A stretch of 63,809 bases of DNA, the filler included, from Klebsormidium nitens (taxonomy: Eukaryota > Plantae > Klebsormidiophyceae): the NCBI GenBank assembly GCA_000708835.1. It is 4 parts of 4 records of this genome, joined end to end, with 100 filler letters (N's around TTAATTAATTAA, not from the genome) between each part and the next. Parts side by side here need not be neighbours in the genome. Positions count along the whole stretch, not along the records: positions 1 to 29,504 come from DF237700.1; 3 more parts are not named here. One strand, given 5' to 3'. The translations under genes and the position numbers were made by a program. Of this stretch, positions 12,161 through 24,474 are shown one piece after another. Positions within the stretch are counted from its first letter, which is position 1. Every line of letters begins with the position of its first letter. The notes under the pieces are model-generated. The model made no database searches and was not told the DNA's origin. It was given only the letters and a program-made list of their open reading frames with translations.

Positions 12161-15100
12161 TCAGACTTCTTCTACCTGCGGCAGGCTCATCAACTCTAGG
12201 ACCGCCTTCTTCGGCGTCAGCTCGTTCTCGAGTATCCGTGCGACGGCGGTCAGCACGGGCATGGACACCCGGTACTTGCGCGCCAGCGCAATGACCGCCC
12301 CCGCTGTGGCGACACCCTCTGCGACCTGAAAGAGCGGTCAGCTTTAACAAAGCATCCGAACAGAATCTTTTGGGCAGACTGACATTGATTATGAGGCGCG
12401 ACGTCGACGTGCTTTGCGCTGGCTAGCGTCCTCCATTGACTCCTCTTGTGTTACTTTGCCGCCAGTGCGATATGAAGGCAGACGCCACTATCCAGCAAGG
12501 CGAATGACACGAGGCCTCTAACGAAGAAACGCAAGTCCTTTTCACGTCGGACGGGTCTTAGATGGTCCTATTTTTGCAAAGAACGATAGCCGGCTTGGTT
12601 GTTTTAACACCTCCAACGTGGCGAACAATCTGAAGAAACACAAGGAACACCATCCGCAAACCAGCAGCAGCACTTGTTAGAGCTTCTCAGATGCTCGGAG
12701 GGGAGGCAGACGCCGCGAAGGGCACAAAGGAAGGGGCCGCAGGGGCCGCACCTGGCTCATGGACGCCAGGATGTCGTCCAGCTTCTCCCCGGAACCGAGG
12801 CGCACCCCCACGGAGCGGTTCCGCGACAAGCTAACGAAGCACGTCAGCATGATGTCACCCGTACCAGACAACCCGGCCAAGGTGGCGGGCTTAGCGCCCA
12901 TCTGGGGAACAAGAGAAAGTATGTCATTCGTGCTTCTTCGCAAAGCGAGGGAACGGCGTTAAGGAGATCTGGTCCACAGGAAGATGTGAAAATTTGGCGG
13001 AAGTCCATGCGGCGTGCTGCGCCAAGCCACAGTGGGCATGAGTAATCGTTGTCTCTGCATGAAGAACCGTCAGCGGTTCAAAAGGAAAGAGAAACACAGG
13101 AGAACTGGGCTGGAGCCGCTCGGAAGAAACTTGATCGATAAAGGAGACGACGACGTCCTGAGGACTAGGGCGCTGAGGTCAATATCGTGTACGGCGCCTC
13201 CTCAATTACACTCGCTCCGTGAGGTGGAAAGTGCGAAATTCAAGAAGGAAGCAGACGGACATGAGTTTGTTGAAAACCGAGAGCCGACCCAGGACTTCAA
13301 GAATGACTGTCTCTTATTTACTGCTCGTCAAGAACAAGATGCCCCCATCAGGGAAACCCCACGGACACACTTCGATTGGTGTACCTCAACAGCAAAAACA
13401 ATGTTCACAGTTTGGATGGGCAAGGTCTGTTTTAGAACGATGCGCCTCACTTTTTCTGCGAGCCAGCGAATCTCTGCGCAGCCCTGCGCAACGAGCGCGG
13501 CCATGCAGTTGTTACCGAGGCCCATGCCCTCCACGATGCCCGCCGCAATGGCCAGAACGTTCTTGAGCGCGCCCGCCATCTCCACGCCCAGCACGTCCCT
13601 GCATTCATCATCACAGCAGCAAGTGAGACAGAGGCCAGGGTGGAACGGAGAGAAAGGCCACACGTGCCCGTATTTGGTAGCATCTTATAACAGTGTCGGC
13701 CAGATTTCCAATCTGTTGGCTCGTTCGATAAGAAGCGCATGATTCTGACAAGTGAGCTAAGAACCAACACGCCTGGGGTGTCAGCAGCCGGTGAAGGTCC
13801 GACTTGCTACAATCATTTGTGCGGTCCAGTCTCAAATAGTCTCAAACATTCTCCAGGAAGGGAGAGACCCAAGGACCTGCCTCTTGCCTGAGCTCGCAGG
13901 CATCTCTTCAATCGTTTATGACGTTCCCTGACCCGCCCTAAAAGCTTTCTCCTTGGCCAAGGATGCAACGGGAGCCGCACGACCACTTGCGAAACGAAGG
14001 TCAGACTGTCAGGTGTGGATTTGTGATACATTTACGGATTGTTACTGGCCCAGCTATGCTACTACGAAGTCTTGAACGGAAGCATGACATAATCAAGTAT
14101 GACCCCTGAACCCAAGCCACTAGGTGCTTGTCACCGGTGTCTGGTGGTGGCGGAAAGGAGTGGCGGCGCTCTACTCCTTCCCCTTACTCCTGCTGGCCCA
14201 GATGTCTCTCTCTTCTTCCAACTTCATCTTTGTAGGTTCCCCTACGGAAGCGAGTTCTGCCCCTCCCTCCTTTGCTCTGGCTTGTCCAGGATTGACATGT
14301 GCCTTCCCATTGTGCCAGTGCCGCATGCTGTCTCACCTGGTGGTATTGATGCGCAGGTACTTGGAGGCCAGCAGCTGCTGGCACGCGCGCGCCAGCTCCG
14401 GGTCCCGCGACGCGGCCACCAGCCCCGTCGGCTTCTTGTCCATCAGCTCCACGCTGAACGACGGCCCCGACAGCACCGCCACGGGGTGCCCTTTCCGCCC
14501 CAGCGCGCGCGGGATGAGCTCCGCCATTGTCTCCAGCGTCGACACTTCGAGCCCCTTGCTGACAGACACGATGGGCAGGCTAGCCGGGATGAGCAACGCG
14601 ATGCTTTTCAGGAACGCGGCGCTCTGTTGCACGGGCACGGCGTGAATGGCGTACTGGGCCCCCTCGATGGCTTCCGCGGGGTCCGTGGTGGCGCGCACGT
14701 TGGGCGGGAGGGGGTGGTTGGGCATGTAGCGCGTATTGAGGTGGTTGCTATTGATGGACGCCACCAGCTGCGGGTCCCGCACGAGCATGACCACGTCCAG
14801 GCTGGCCTTGTTGCGCGCCAGCATCACCGCCATCGCCGTCCCGAACGACCCCCCCCCAAACACGCAGATCTTGGACGTGCGCGTCAGCGCGTCCGTCACG
14901 TCCCCCTTGTGCAGGTTGCGCCAAAAGCGGCCCCACCGCACTAGCGTCTCCCACGCTGCCGTCACGTGCTTGCTATCCCGCGAGCGCTCCTTCGACTCCT
15001 CGGGACCCCCCGCTGGAGGCTCCCCACTGCTTTCGGAGGGGCCGCTCATTTCCTGCCCTTGCGACGTTTCTGCCTGTCTTTGATCAAGGCCCCCTGGTTC

Positions 15101-16574
15101 TGAACATTCGCTCGATTTATGCACAGCCGAATCTGTCCTTTCGAGCTTGGAAGAAGCTGTTCCCTCCGATGTCTCCCCATATGACTCTGGCCCGTCTCCG
15201 GCGCACGCTGATACCGACTCCAGAGTCACCACGCTCCCGCGCTGCTCTTGGTGATGCTCGCTTGCTGCCGGAAGCGGCCCGCCCTCTTGTTCCCTTGAAC
15301 CAACTTCCCCATCTACAGCTGAACTGTCGGCCGCACCCGCATCTCCTCGCCTGAGCTGGTCCCCGCTGTGCAGCACCGTTTCTATCCTGAACGCTTCCCC
15401 CCTCTGCGGCTCGCTCTGGTCCTGCTGCCCCGCCCCCTCGCTCATGCCACCCTGCGTTGTTGCTGTCTGCTCAGAAATATCAATGAGCAAAGTCCCTGAC
15501 AAATTGCTCGTTCCCCCATGCCTGCCACCATCCTGCAAATGCAAAGTCGTGAGCACCCGTCAGATTGAGTCGGCTGATTCTAAGGTTGCATGATTAGGCT
15601 TTTCAGCTTCCACCATAATCCAGTAAGGGCGCCGTCAGGTTGGGAATGCTCCTTGCTTCTGCTGGCCCAAATACTGGGTGGTCAAAGCAGGCGCAATTTC
15701 TGAGACTTACCCTGGATTCCAAGATGATGGCAGGGCACAAAAACCAGGCAAGAGTTGGCACAGGGGACACGAGCACGAGAGCAGGCTCTCAAGGCACTGC
15801 AGTGTAGGCCCACCCCAGCCTTCCTGCTCAGTTCTGAGTCCTACCTGGACGCTTGACCTGGGAGCCTTCCCGGCATCCCTAACACCCTCCGCCCAATGCC
15901 GCAGTAATCTTGGACATGTTCCATGGCGCCTGTACAGGATTCTTGTCCTCCACCTGACATTTGGGGTCTCCTGAGGCCTACATTGCAACTGGGACGTTTG
16001 AATGCTACTCAAATGTGCTTGCGTTGCAGGAGGCCCTATGTACTTCTGTGTACTTTGGGTGCTACAGCTTGAACATCCCGACAGCTGCCTCGGTAACAGT
16101 GTATGTTGTTGAGGCAGAAGAGCGAGGGCGGACGACGGCATTGTGGCCACCGGGCGCCCTATCTAGGCCTGCAACAGGAGACTGCGTTCAATCAGTGGGG
16201 TCTTGTGCCTTGTCAAAAAGCTGGGAGCTGCCATGGCACAAGCAGAGGGCAATGCAGGGAATGAGAATGCAGAAAGTAGGCTCTGTCGCTGCAAATAGGA
16301 GCTTAATGTTTGAGCATTGGGCTAATTGCAAGAAAACATTACAAAGGAACACTGCAAATGCTGCTAAAGCCAATGATAATCCCACGACTCATCTGATTCC
16401 CTGATCCAACTCTCTCTGTATGAGATATCTGCCCTTGTTTCGGTGAACTGTAGAAACACAATGAGCTAAGAAAGAAGCAAATGTGCAGGAGCCCGTCATG
16501 TGAACGCACCAGTGGCGGCGCTCCGCTACGGTGGCTGCAAAAGAACCCCTCCTTTGCAGGCAGATGCGCAGCAT
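12161..16574 (-). CDS. GLY1: NAD(P)-dependent glycerol-3-phosphate dehydrogenase, organellar GLY1/SFD1 (GpsA) type
   Basis: Exons ~16574-16510, 15953-15845, 15532-14337, 13598-13451, 12901-12753 and 12325-12161. Motifs include the Rossmann [55 protein letters not shown] and VAEGV, and the C-terminus [11 protein letters not shown]. The N-terminus is transit-peptide-like. Confidence 0.93.
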
Positions 16575-16940
16575 GGCGCCCTCCGTCCTTGCATTAGCTG
16601 CCACCAGCTACGTGGAGGAAGTAAGTCTAAGTCGAGGACCCAACAACTTGCAAAACTGAAAGCCCTTCTCCCCAAAGAAGACATGCGCTGGTGCTCATGA
16701 GTAATGACAATGTAGCGTTCTGAGGGAGTGAAAAGAAACCTACGCGGTAGTTGAAAGCTGAGTCGGGATTTTAGGGTTTTGCCCTGATCCCTATAGGCTA
16801 TATATAATTTTAGGGCTTTTGCTGCAACACCAAACTTCAAACACCAAACTTCAATTCCCTCCTGCCAGCCTGAGATGTGGGGCGGATACGTTGAAAAGAG
16901 GAAGGAAGATCCTTGACGTTCAGCGCTCAGAAACACCGCG
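16575..16940. promoter_or_regulatory. Short bidirectional promoter between GLY1 and UBA5
   Basis: The two ATGs are head-to-head, 366 bp apart. There is a telo-box (TAGGGTTT, reverse complement AAACCCTA) at ~16772-16779 and a TATATATAA at ~16799-16807. Confidence 0.55.
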
Positions 16941-19900
16941 ATGGCTGCCGAGGTTGCTTCTGTCGTTGCCGCGTTTGGCGCGCTTTCCACCGCTGATCAG
17001 GACAAGGTAAGAACAGCCCCTGTCTCTTCTTTCTTCGTCAGCTGCAAAAGGGCAGTACATAATAACGAGATAGTTGGTCGTGTCCATCAGGTTTAAGTGA
17101 TGATTAGAACTGACAGACCTTCCTCTGCCCCCCTCAGGTTCGGGAGGCGTTGCTACATGGGGACAAAGGCAATGCAGCGGTGGACAATGCAGGCGCTAAG
17201 CCGCGGGGCAAGATTCAGGTACAGTTTTTTTATAATGTCCCACCAATTGAAAGTTGCAACGATTTCGGAGTGGTTGGTTGGAAGAGATTGGGGCTTTAAT
17301 CTCCAACCGAATCAAGGGGCAGCCAAATGTGTCATCTGAGCGCCAAGGAAGTGAACAGAAAACCGGTGAGGCTGTGGAAAATGCTCTTGGTACTTCCTCA
17401 GAAACGGTGGCGTGGCTTTGCAAACAATCTCAGCCGGTTGCAAACATACTTTTTGCCTTTTTCTGTGCTGCAGGCCATGAGCGCGGAGGTGGTGGACAGC
17501 AATCCATATAGGTGAGCAACATCACAAACTCTGGCCGGGCCGTTCTTTACCTACCCCCTGTTCCTTACGAGTGCCAAGGCAAAGCTTGGTGAGGAGCTTG
17601 CTCATTGGCAGAGGCCGAGCATGTTTATGTTGGCAGCGGGGTTTTTGCCCTGAAGGATTGCACCCTTCGTCCAGGACTAAGCAGGCTGTCCGTCGCTCTT
17701 GTGCAGTCGGCTGATGGCCCTCCAGCGGATGGGCATCGTGGCCAACTACCAGGACATCCGCAGCTTCACAGTGGCCATTGTGGTGAGGACACCCTCCCAG
17801 GCTACAGGCGGGGCGGGCGCTACCTGACGGCCTCAGCGCTTGCCCGAGGCCCAAACTCTCTACAAGCAGCTCAATTGGGATGCTTTCTGGGATGTTTTCT
17901 GGCAGACTGTTTTGAAAGCTGCTTGGACACGTTGAGGATGTCTGACAGGTACACCGTTCTTCAACAAGTTCTTCACCTCACAAGAAACAGAAGACTACCT
18001 TGATTGGCTTTGTCTGCCAGTGTCCTTGTGCTCTAAGGTCGCAAATGGTGACGCTTGGCTTTGTCAGAATGTAACTGCGGCCAGACTTGACAGCCGGTCA
18101 TTGCTGCGGCAATCAATGTGGTCAGGTGTAATTGATCCCTGTGATCACCCCCTGATCCTGTCTCTGGCAGGGGATGGGCGGCGTCGGCAGCGTTGCAGCC
18201 GAGATGCTGACACGCTGTGGTATCGGGCGGCTGCTGCTGTATGACTACGACACTGTCGAGTTAGCCAACATGAATCGCCTCTTCTTTCGCCCCGAGCACG
18301 TGAGCGCCCCCTGGTCAGCTAAGCCAGCGAGCTTTGGACAGAATGACTCGATAGGTTTGTGCAGGGTCGGTATGGTGTTGAGGTAAAAGTGGCCCTGGCT
18401 TCTGTTTAGGCCATCCGTCGTTGAGACAAAACGTCTCTTAACTCCAAGCCGAAAGTCAGGTCGCATAGATCCCACCAGACCTCCTAAAGTGTTCCCTGTC
18501 AAAGGTGGTCTTAAGTCGACAAGCGCTTGTTATGCTCCTCTGAGGCTTCGCTTTTCTCCACGTTTGAAGGTGGGCATGACCAAGACAGATGCTGCTGCCA
18601 AAACGCTGGCGGAGATCAACCCCGATGTGGAGCTGGAGGTGAGCGGGGCAGCACGAAACAGCTGGTTGTGCCATGTTGGTAGAAGAAGTGACTGGTGACA
18701 AGAGCACCCGTTTGTGGTATCAGAAACGATATTCGAACTTTAGCATCAACGAAGCTTTACATAGAAGCGGGGGCAATCTGCCCGTTTCGTTGCCCTTTCC
18801 AATTGAGGGTCGTTCCACGAGATTGTTTGACTAGAGGGCAGAAGTGACCTTGAGGGTCCGAAGCAGATTCAAATTTCTGCTTTTGACCCGCAAGAAATTC
18901 TCCTCCTCGTGGTGACTGTCAGATTCTCACGATGGACAGTGGCTTCTGCAGAGCTTCACGAGCAACATCACAACGGTGGACGGCTTCGAGGGCTTTGTGC
19001 GCAGCCTGACTCAGGCCCCTCTGGGGTTCCAGGCAGAGCCGCCTCTGCCGGGAGGGCCGGTGCGCGGCAAGGGCAGCCGGGTGGACCTCGTCCTGGTGAG
19101 AGGGCGACTCGGGTCATCGCGATGAGGGGAGGGGCCTCGACGCCTCTACATTTGTTCTTTCTCCTCGCTTCATGCTGTGTCGACTGGAACTGTCGAGAGC
19201 AGCTGTAAATTTAAGGTTCCGTTTGCAGCTGTTTGCCTCTTCTTTCACAGGGAAATGATCCGTGAGGCAGAAATGACCGCATAGTCTCTCACAATCGTTT
19301 GTCCGGTATACCAATCACCTCCTCCTTACCTGCGCTCGAGGACTTTCTCCAGTCTTCAGGTAACTTACTAAGATACTCTGAAAAGCCAGCAACGGGTGAG
19401 CAGTCTCGGAGCATGTCTGCAAGCTAAACATTGTTTGCCTGTCGGTGCAGAGTTGTGTCGATAACTACGAGGCACGGATGACAATCAACCAGGTGAGATC
19501 CCTCGACGAAGTAAGACTATCCTATGTGAATATTTTACAGTGATGGCGACTGCCAAGAAGTCAAACCTGTAACACCGATCGTTTCTCTTGTCTTCTCCTG
19601 GCGAGACTGCCTCTCCGCACTTGTGCCGGATCTTCAGACTGGCCGGGGTAGTTTGTTGATAACGTGCTGCTGTGGCGGCCTGCAGGCGTGCAACGAGCTG
19701 GGCCAGCCGTGGATGGAGAGCGGCGTGTCGGAGGACGCGGTGTCGGGCCACATCCAGCTGCTGCTCCCGGGGGAGACCGCCTGCTTCGCGTGTGTGCCGC
19801 CGCTGGTGAGCAATCGTTGTGCGCAACAGCGGGGGTGATTCTCAAACACATAGGGGCTGTTCTCTGCTTGATTTTCAAATCTGCTCGCATGACGCCTATC

Positions 19901-22227
19901 AGGGATTTCATTGCAGAGCTTTTCCAAGGAAGATGAGCAAAAGCATGTAGAGAAGGATCATACAAATGTTCTCTTTGTTACTCTCTTTGAGTCGACTGCT
20001 CCGTTGCTTTTGAAGAAATACCTCGACCATGTTATCTCTGAGGAACCGAGAACCTGCGACTCGTAACAAGATTGGCTAATGATTATCTGGTTATCGGGGC
20101 TTCTCTTGGCTACCTGAACGAGGAGTCTGTGCCAGGAAGCCTTGAGTCGCTCGTTGTCTCTTGCGTTCGCATCATCAGGTTCTGAAAGAGCCGTGGGTTC
20201 CTTCCCTTGGCAGGCCAAGGTCGGAAGCGCTGAGTTTCCTGATTAATTCGTAAGTCGGTTCCTCACAGCAGGCGCCACTCGGAGTTCTGGCAAGTGCTGC
20301 TGAAGCGAAGAATGACTGCCAGAAGCGTCCCTTCCTCACTTCCTGGCTGAACTCCAGCGCGTCTGTGTTGCTCCAGGTGGTTGCTTCCGGCATCGACGAG
20401 CGCACGCTGAAGCGCGAGGGCGTGTGCGCGGCGTCGCTACCGACCACGATGGGCATGGTGGCCGGCCTGCTCGTGCAAAATAGCCTGAAGTACCTCCTCC
20501 GCTTCGGCACCGTCTCGCGCTACCTGGCAAGCTGCACCCCGCTGGAGCAAGCTGGCCTTGATTGCCAACTGAAGCCCTTTCAGACGCCTTCCTTAGTGCC
20601 CTTACCACCATCCCGTTGCACCGTATGCTTTCTTACCTTGCCCCACCTGACTTCCACCTTCGCTGGGTTGAGACATGTCCCCCTGGTTTCAGGAGGCTCT
20701 TCCGCTTCCGTATGCACGTCCATCAGCTGATTATGGGGCCCCATCGCTGATCTTTGCCACGCACCATATAGCCCTGCCGAGCTCGCTTCAGCAGCCGTGG
20801 CGTGCGGCCCAATCTCGATCACTTCTGGTGCAGGGCTACAATGCGCTGGCGGACTTCTTCCCCACCATGGAGATGCGCCCCAATGTGCAGTGCGATAATG
20901 CTGCCTGCCGCGCCCGCCAGGTGCGCGCTCCCACCCCGTTGCTTCGTTTTTATGCGTCTGTATACCTGTCGTCCGCAAACAAGTTGGGGAGGGGATGCGC
21001 ATCCAATGATAGACAGGGGTCGCTTCGAAGTACCTTGATACTTCGTCGGGGCCGCACTCTCACACGCTGTCCACGAATCGCTTGCCGTTACTCCCCTTCC
21101 TGGTGGCGGACGGCAGAGATTACCAGCCTTGTTTCAAGCCGAGAGCTCCCTGCTTTACTTGTGCCACAAACCGTTCACCTTCTCGGCTGCTCTTTAGTTG
21201 CCTTAGGAAGTCTCCTCCAGCGTGCCTGCTCTGCGACCATGTTCAAGCCTTTTGTTCGGAAGCGTTGAAGCTGCACCTAACCGCTTGCACCTAACCGCTT
21301 GGCCCCCGTTCCCTTTCGTCATTACTCCGTGGCCCGCTCTTTATCCATCTGATGGCCAGCGGCTCGCAGCCGCACCAACTCTAAGTCGTAGTCCCGCCAC
21401 ACTTTCAGCTGCGTCTTGCTTTTCTAGCGGTTCTGCGTCCATACTCTTTCGCTCGTGTGAGTCTTCCTTGCTGTCGTGCCAGGCCGAGTACGCCGCTTTG
21501 GCGCCGGAACGCGAGGCTGCGGCGCGGGCTGCCCAGGCCGCGGCTGCTGCAGTGGAGGAGCCGCAGGTGGTGCACGCCGACAACGAGTGGGGCATCGCAG
21601 TCGAGGAAGGGGACGGCGAGGGGGCAGCCGCGGGAGGGAGCGGACAGCAGAGCGGATCAACAGGTGAGAACGAAAGACGGGGAATGGCAAGGTGCTTCCC
21701 TGCACCGGTGGATGGACCACGGATGCTTGGAGCTTCATATTAGCGGACGCTGCAACCTTCAGGGGGGGAAACCCACCGACAGTATTTTCTAATTGAGAGT
21801 CGGTAGCTTCGTGCTGAGAAGAAGCGGCAGTTGAGCTTGCAGTGAGGTTGCTGACTTCGGGGCGTGTTGGGCGTCCAGGCCGGCTGACAAGCCTTCGAAG
21901 TAGCGGATCATTCGTGGTAGGACAGGTGGAAGTAAGCGAACGACAGACGGAAGTAATCGAACAGTTTTTGAGTTGACCTCTTTGGTCTTCGCCCCGTCAT
22001 TGCATCTGCTGCTTAGCCGGCATCTTGGACGTACTTCCGCAGATTCTCATGCGCGCGTGTCCGATTGTGCAGAAGCTGCACCTGCGCTTCCGGACGGGAT
22101 CCAATATTTGATGGCGAAAAGAGACGAGGTTGACGAGAGCACATTGGCGGAGCTAGCAGTAGGCAGAACAGACACATCTCTTGACGACTTACAAAAACAG
22201 TTGGATGCGCTGAACAGTGGACCTTGA
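16941..22227 (+). CDS. UBA5: UFM1-activating enzyme (E1-like)
   Basis: About 13 exons. Motifs include [131 protein letters not shown], the UFM1-interacting DNEWGI and C-terminal [12 protein letters not shown]. Confidence 0.96.
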
Positions 22228-22963
22228 TTGTTTCACCCCTGAAACAACATTTACAAGAGTTGAAGCTCACAGGGACTGTCACGTGCCAGTGCTCAATGTG
22301 GGTTATGATCAACTCTGGACATGGCTTTGCAGCCAAGCAAGCTGCAGAGTCAACTCATTGTACCGTCCCGATCCTCATGGCACAATTACGTATAGCTCAA
22401 GGCCCAAGGGCGTTAATAAACCGTGCTCAGCTAGTTACCATCAACAGTGACCGCAAATGCATGTGGAACCTTTCGTGACCAAGTTTCCCTCGACCTTGAA
22501 GGTAACTACGATGAGCTTTACGGCCCGACTAGTGGCCCGGGCCATGGATCATGATCGATACCTGAAAACACTCCTCTTGTCGTGCACTTCCGCGTGATAA
22601 TGAGTCTGGATCAATAACCCGCGTGAACGCAGGCCCCCTCCAGTCTGGTATATTACCGTATACATATTCGCGAGCAAAAAATCGGCGCGATTGTTGGAGA
22701 TGATTGATTTGGCATGGCGCGGGCGCGGGCGCCCCCGCATTTCCGCAGATCTGTTTCATGAGTAAGTTTCATTCAACACCGACATTGACCTAGCTGAACT
22801 TGAGCTCTCCCGGAGTCCCATGCATGTGATCATATGTGCGCATGCCGCGCCGGCCGGCGGCGGCCGGCCGGACAAGGCCTTCCCGAGAATCAATCTAGCT
22901 ATCAATCTAGCTTTGATCTGTAGTGACATGCATAGCAGGATTGCGCGCGCGACATGCACCATA

Positions 22964-23586
22964 CACAGGCTGGTTATACGCAAATTTGGGTTCTGCGACT
23001 CCGTCGCGACGGTCGGCCAACTGTTGCCCAGCTGTTGGCCAACAGTTGCCCGACAACATTGCGACAGCGTTGCAACGCTTTCGCAACACTCGAAGTACGT
23101 TTTCGACGTTCGAAATATATACGCGGACGACATAACCGAGCGGCCGAGTCAAATTTCAGATCTATAAAGCTAACACCCTAGACTCCAATTTTGGCGATCG
23201 CCCGACATCAAACTCGCGCGCCGCATTTGCGTCACCCGACTTTTTCAAGGCTACAAAGCACATTGTCGAAGCGACTTGACACCTTTCGCATCTGAAAATG
23301 CCAAATTGACACAGTCTCCTGTAAGTTACATTATGTTTCTAATACCTTGGCTACTTAAGTCTTGAATTAGAGAGTGTGTCTTCGAGGGACTTCGAAACGC
23401 GGTGTAATTTCTATTTTGCCCCTATTTACGGGCAAATTACTGATCGAGGCAGTGTCGTAACACTGTCGCAACACTTGCGACAGTACTGCGGAGTTGTTGC
23501 CCGACGGTCGGGCAACGGCTGCGCAACCGTTGGCCGACGGTCGACGGACCGTCGCAGACCTAGGGTCTGCATATAACCAGCCTGTG
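22964..23586. mobile_element. Non-autonomous MITE with TIRs and TA target-site duplication (Tc1/mariner-like)
   Basis: The left end is TA|CACAGGCTGGTTATACGCA and the right end is TGCATATAACCAGCCTGTG|TA. The inverted match extends imperfectly into subterminal TTGCCCGAC/GTCGGCCAAC/TTGCGACA repeats. The 623-bp element has no transposase ORF. Confidence 0.85.
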
Positions 23587-24474
23587 TATATGTTAATATG
23601 AGAATGCAACATAACATAACTTGACAGTAAATATATACACATAAACATAAACATATTTGTTTATGCATGATCGATGCATGCCGTACATGTACGTGTTTGG
23701 CGCGGATGATCACGCCAATGATGGATCATTCGGTCTAACTTACTCATGGCTAGTGACAATTTGATGGACTTACACACGAGCGGGGCCTGGCCATAGGCCG
23801 CATCCGCCTATATTCATGTGGTGCCAGCTGCTGAAGAGGCGTATGCATGTACTGATTCGCATGCCCGGCCATCAATCTGGCGTGGCCCTTGCAGTGCTTC
23901 AATTCAGTAATACGTCGCTTTTACACTGCATCGATCATTAAGCTAGAGATTTGTGATCAGTTCAGTGACAGCTACAATACGTATGTGTCTACAATCCTAT
24001 AATGCAGAGAATCAATAATCAAACGGTCTTTAGCAGTAATCTGCTGATCGACCGGCCATGTTCTTGGACCGTTCCTTCTGGCTTTACACAGCTCGATCCG
24101 CATGAAGGAGCCGACCCTAAGTTACCCTAAGTGATAGGAGTATATAGTCGTCTTATAAGTGCATAATGCTCAGCCATAATCAACCGTGTCAGAATCCTGC
24201 TGACCGCCCTGGTCGTCTCTTCAGCGGCTGGCACCAACCCAATCACGACTTCCCTGACGGGAAGCCCTCTTCAGTCGGATCCGATGAGCGCCCCATTTGC
24301 CCGCTTTCGATCAAGACTGGGCACCACCAAGTTACTGACGGCCAAAAAAACAATGGAAGTATGTAGTTCAAATTTGTCAACAGGCGGTTTGTTTGACATG
24401 TGGTATATGAAGCTGAACGTACCACCCATATAAGCCGTCCCGATGGTTGCAACCCTTGCTCCAATGCCGCATCC

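Noticed and set aside
13014-13742. 242-aa plus-strand ORF, and similar ORFs at 14099-14944 and 24482-25051
   Set aside because: These are antisense shadows of GLY1 and EG16 exons.
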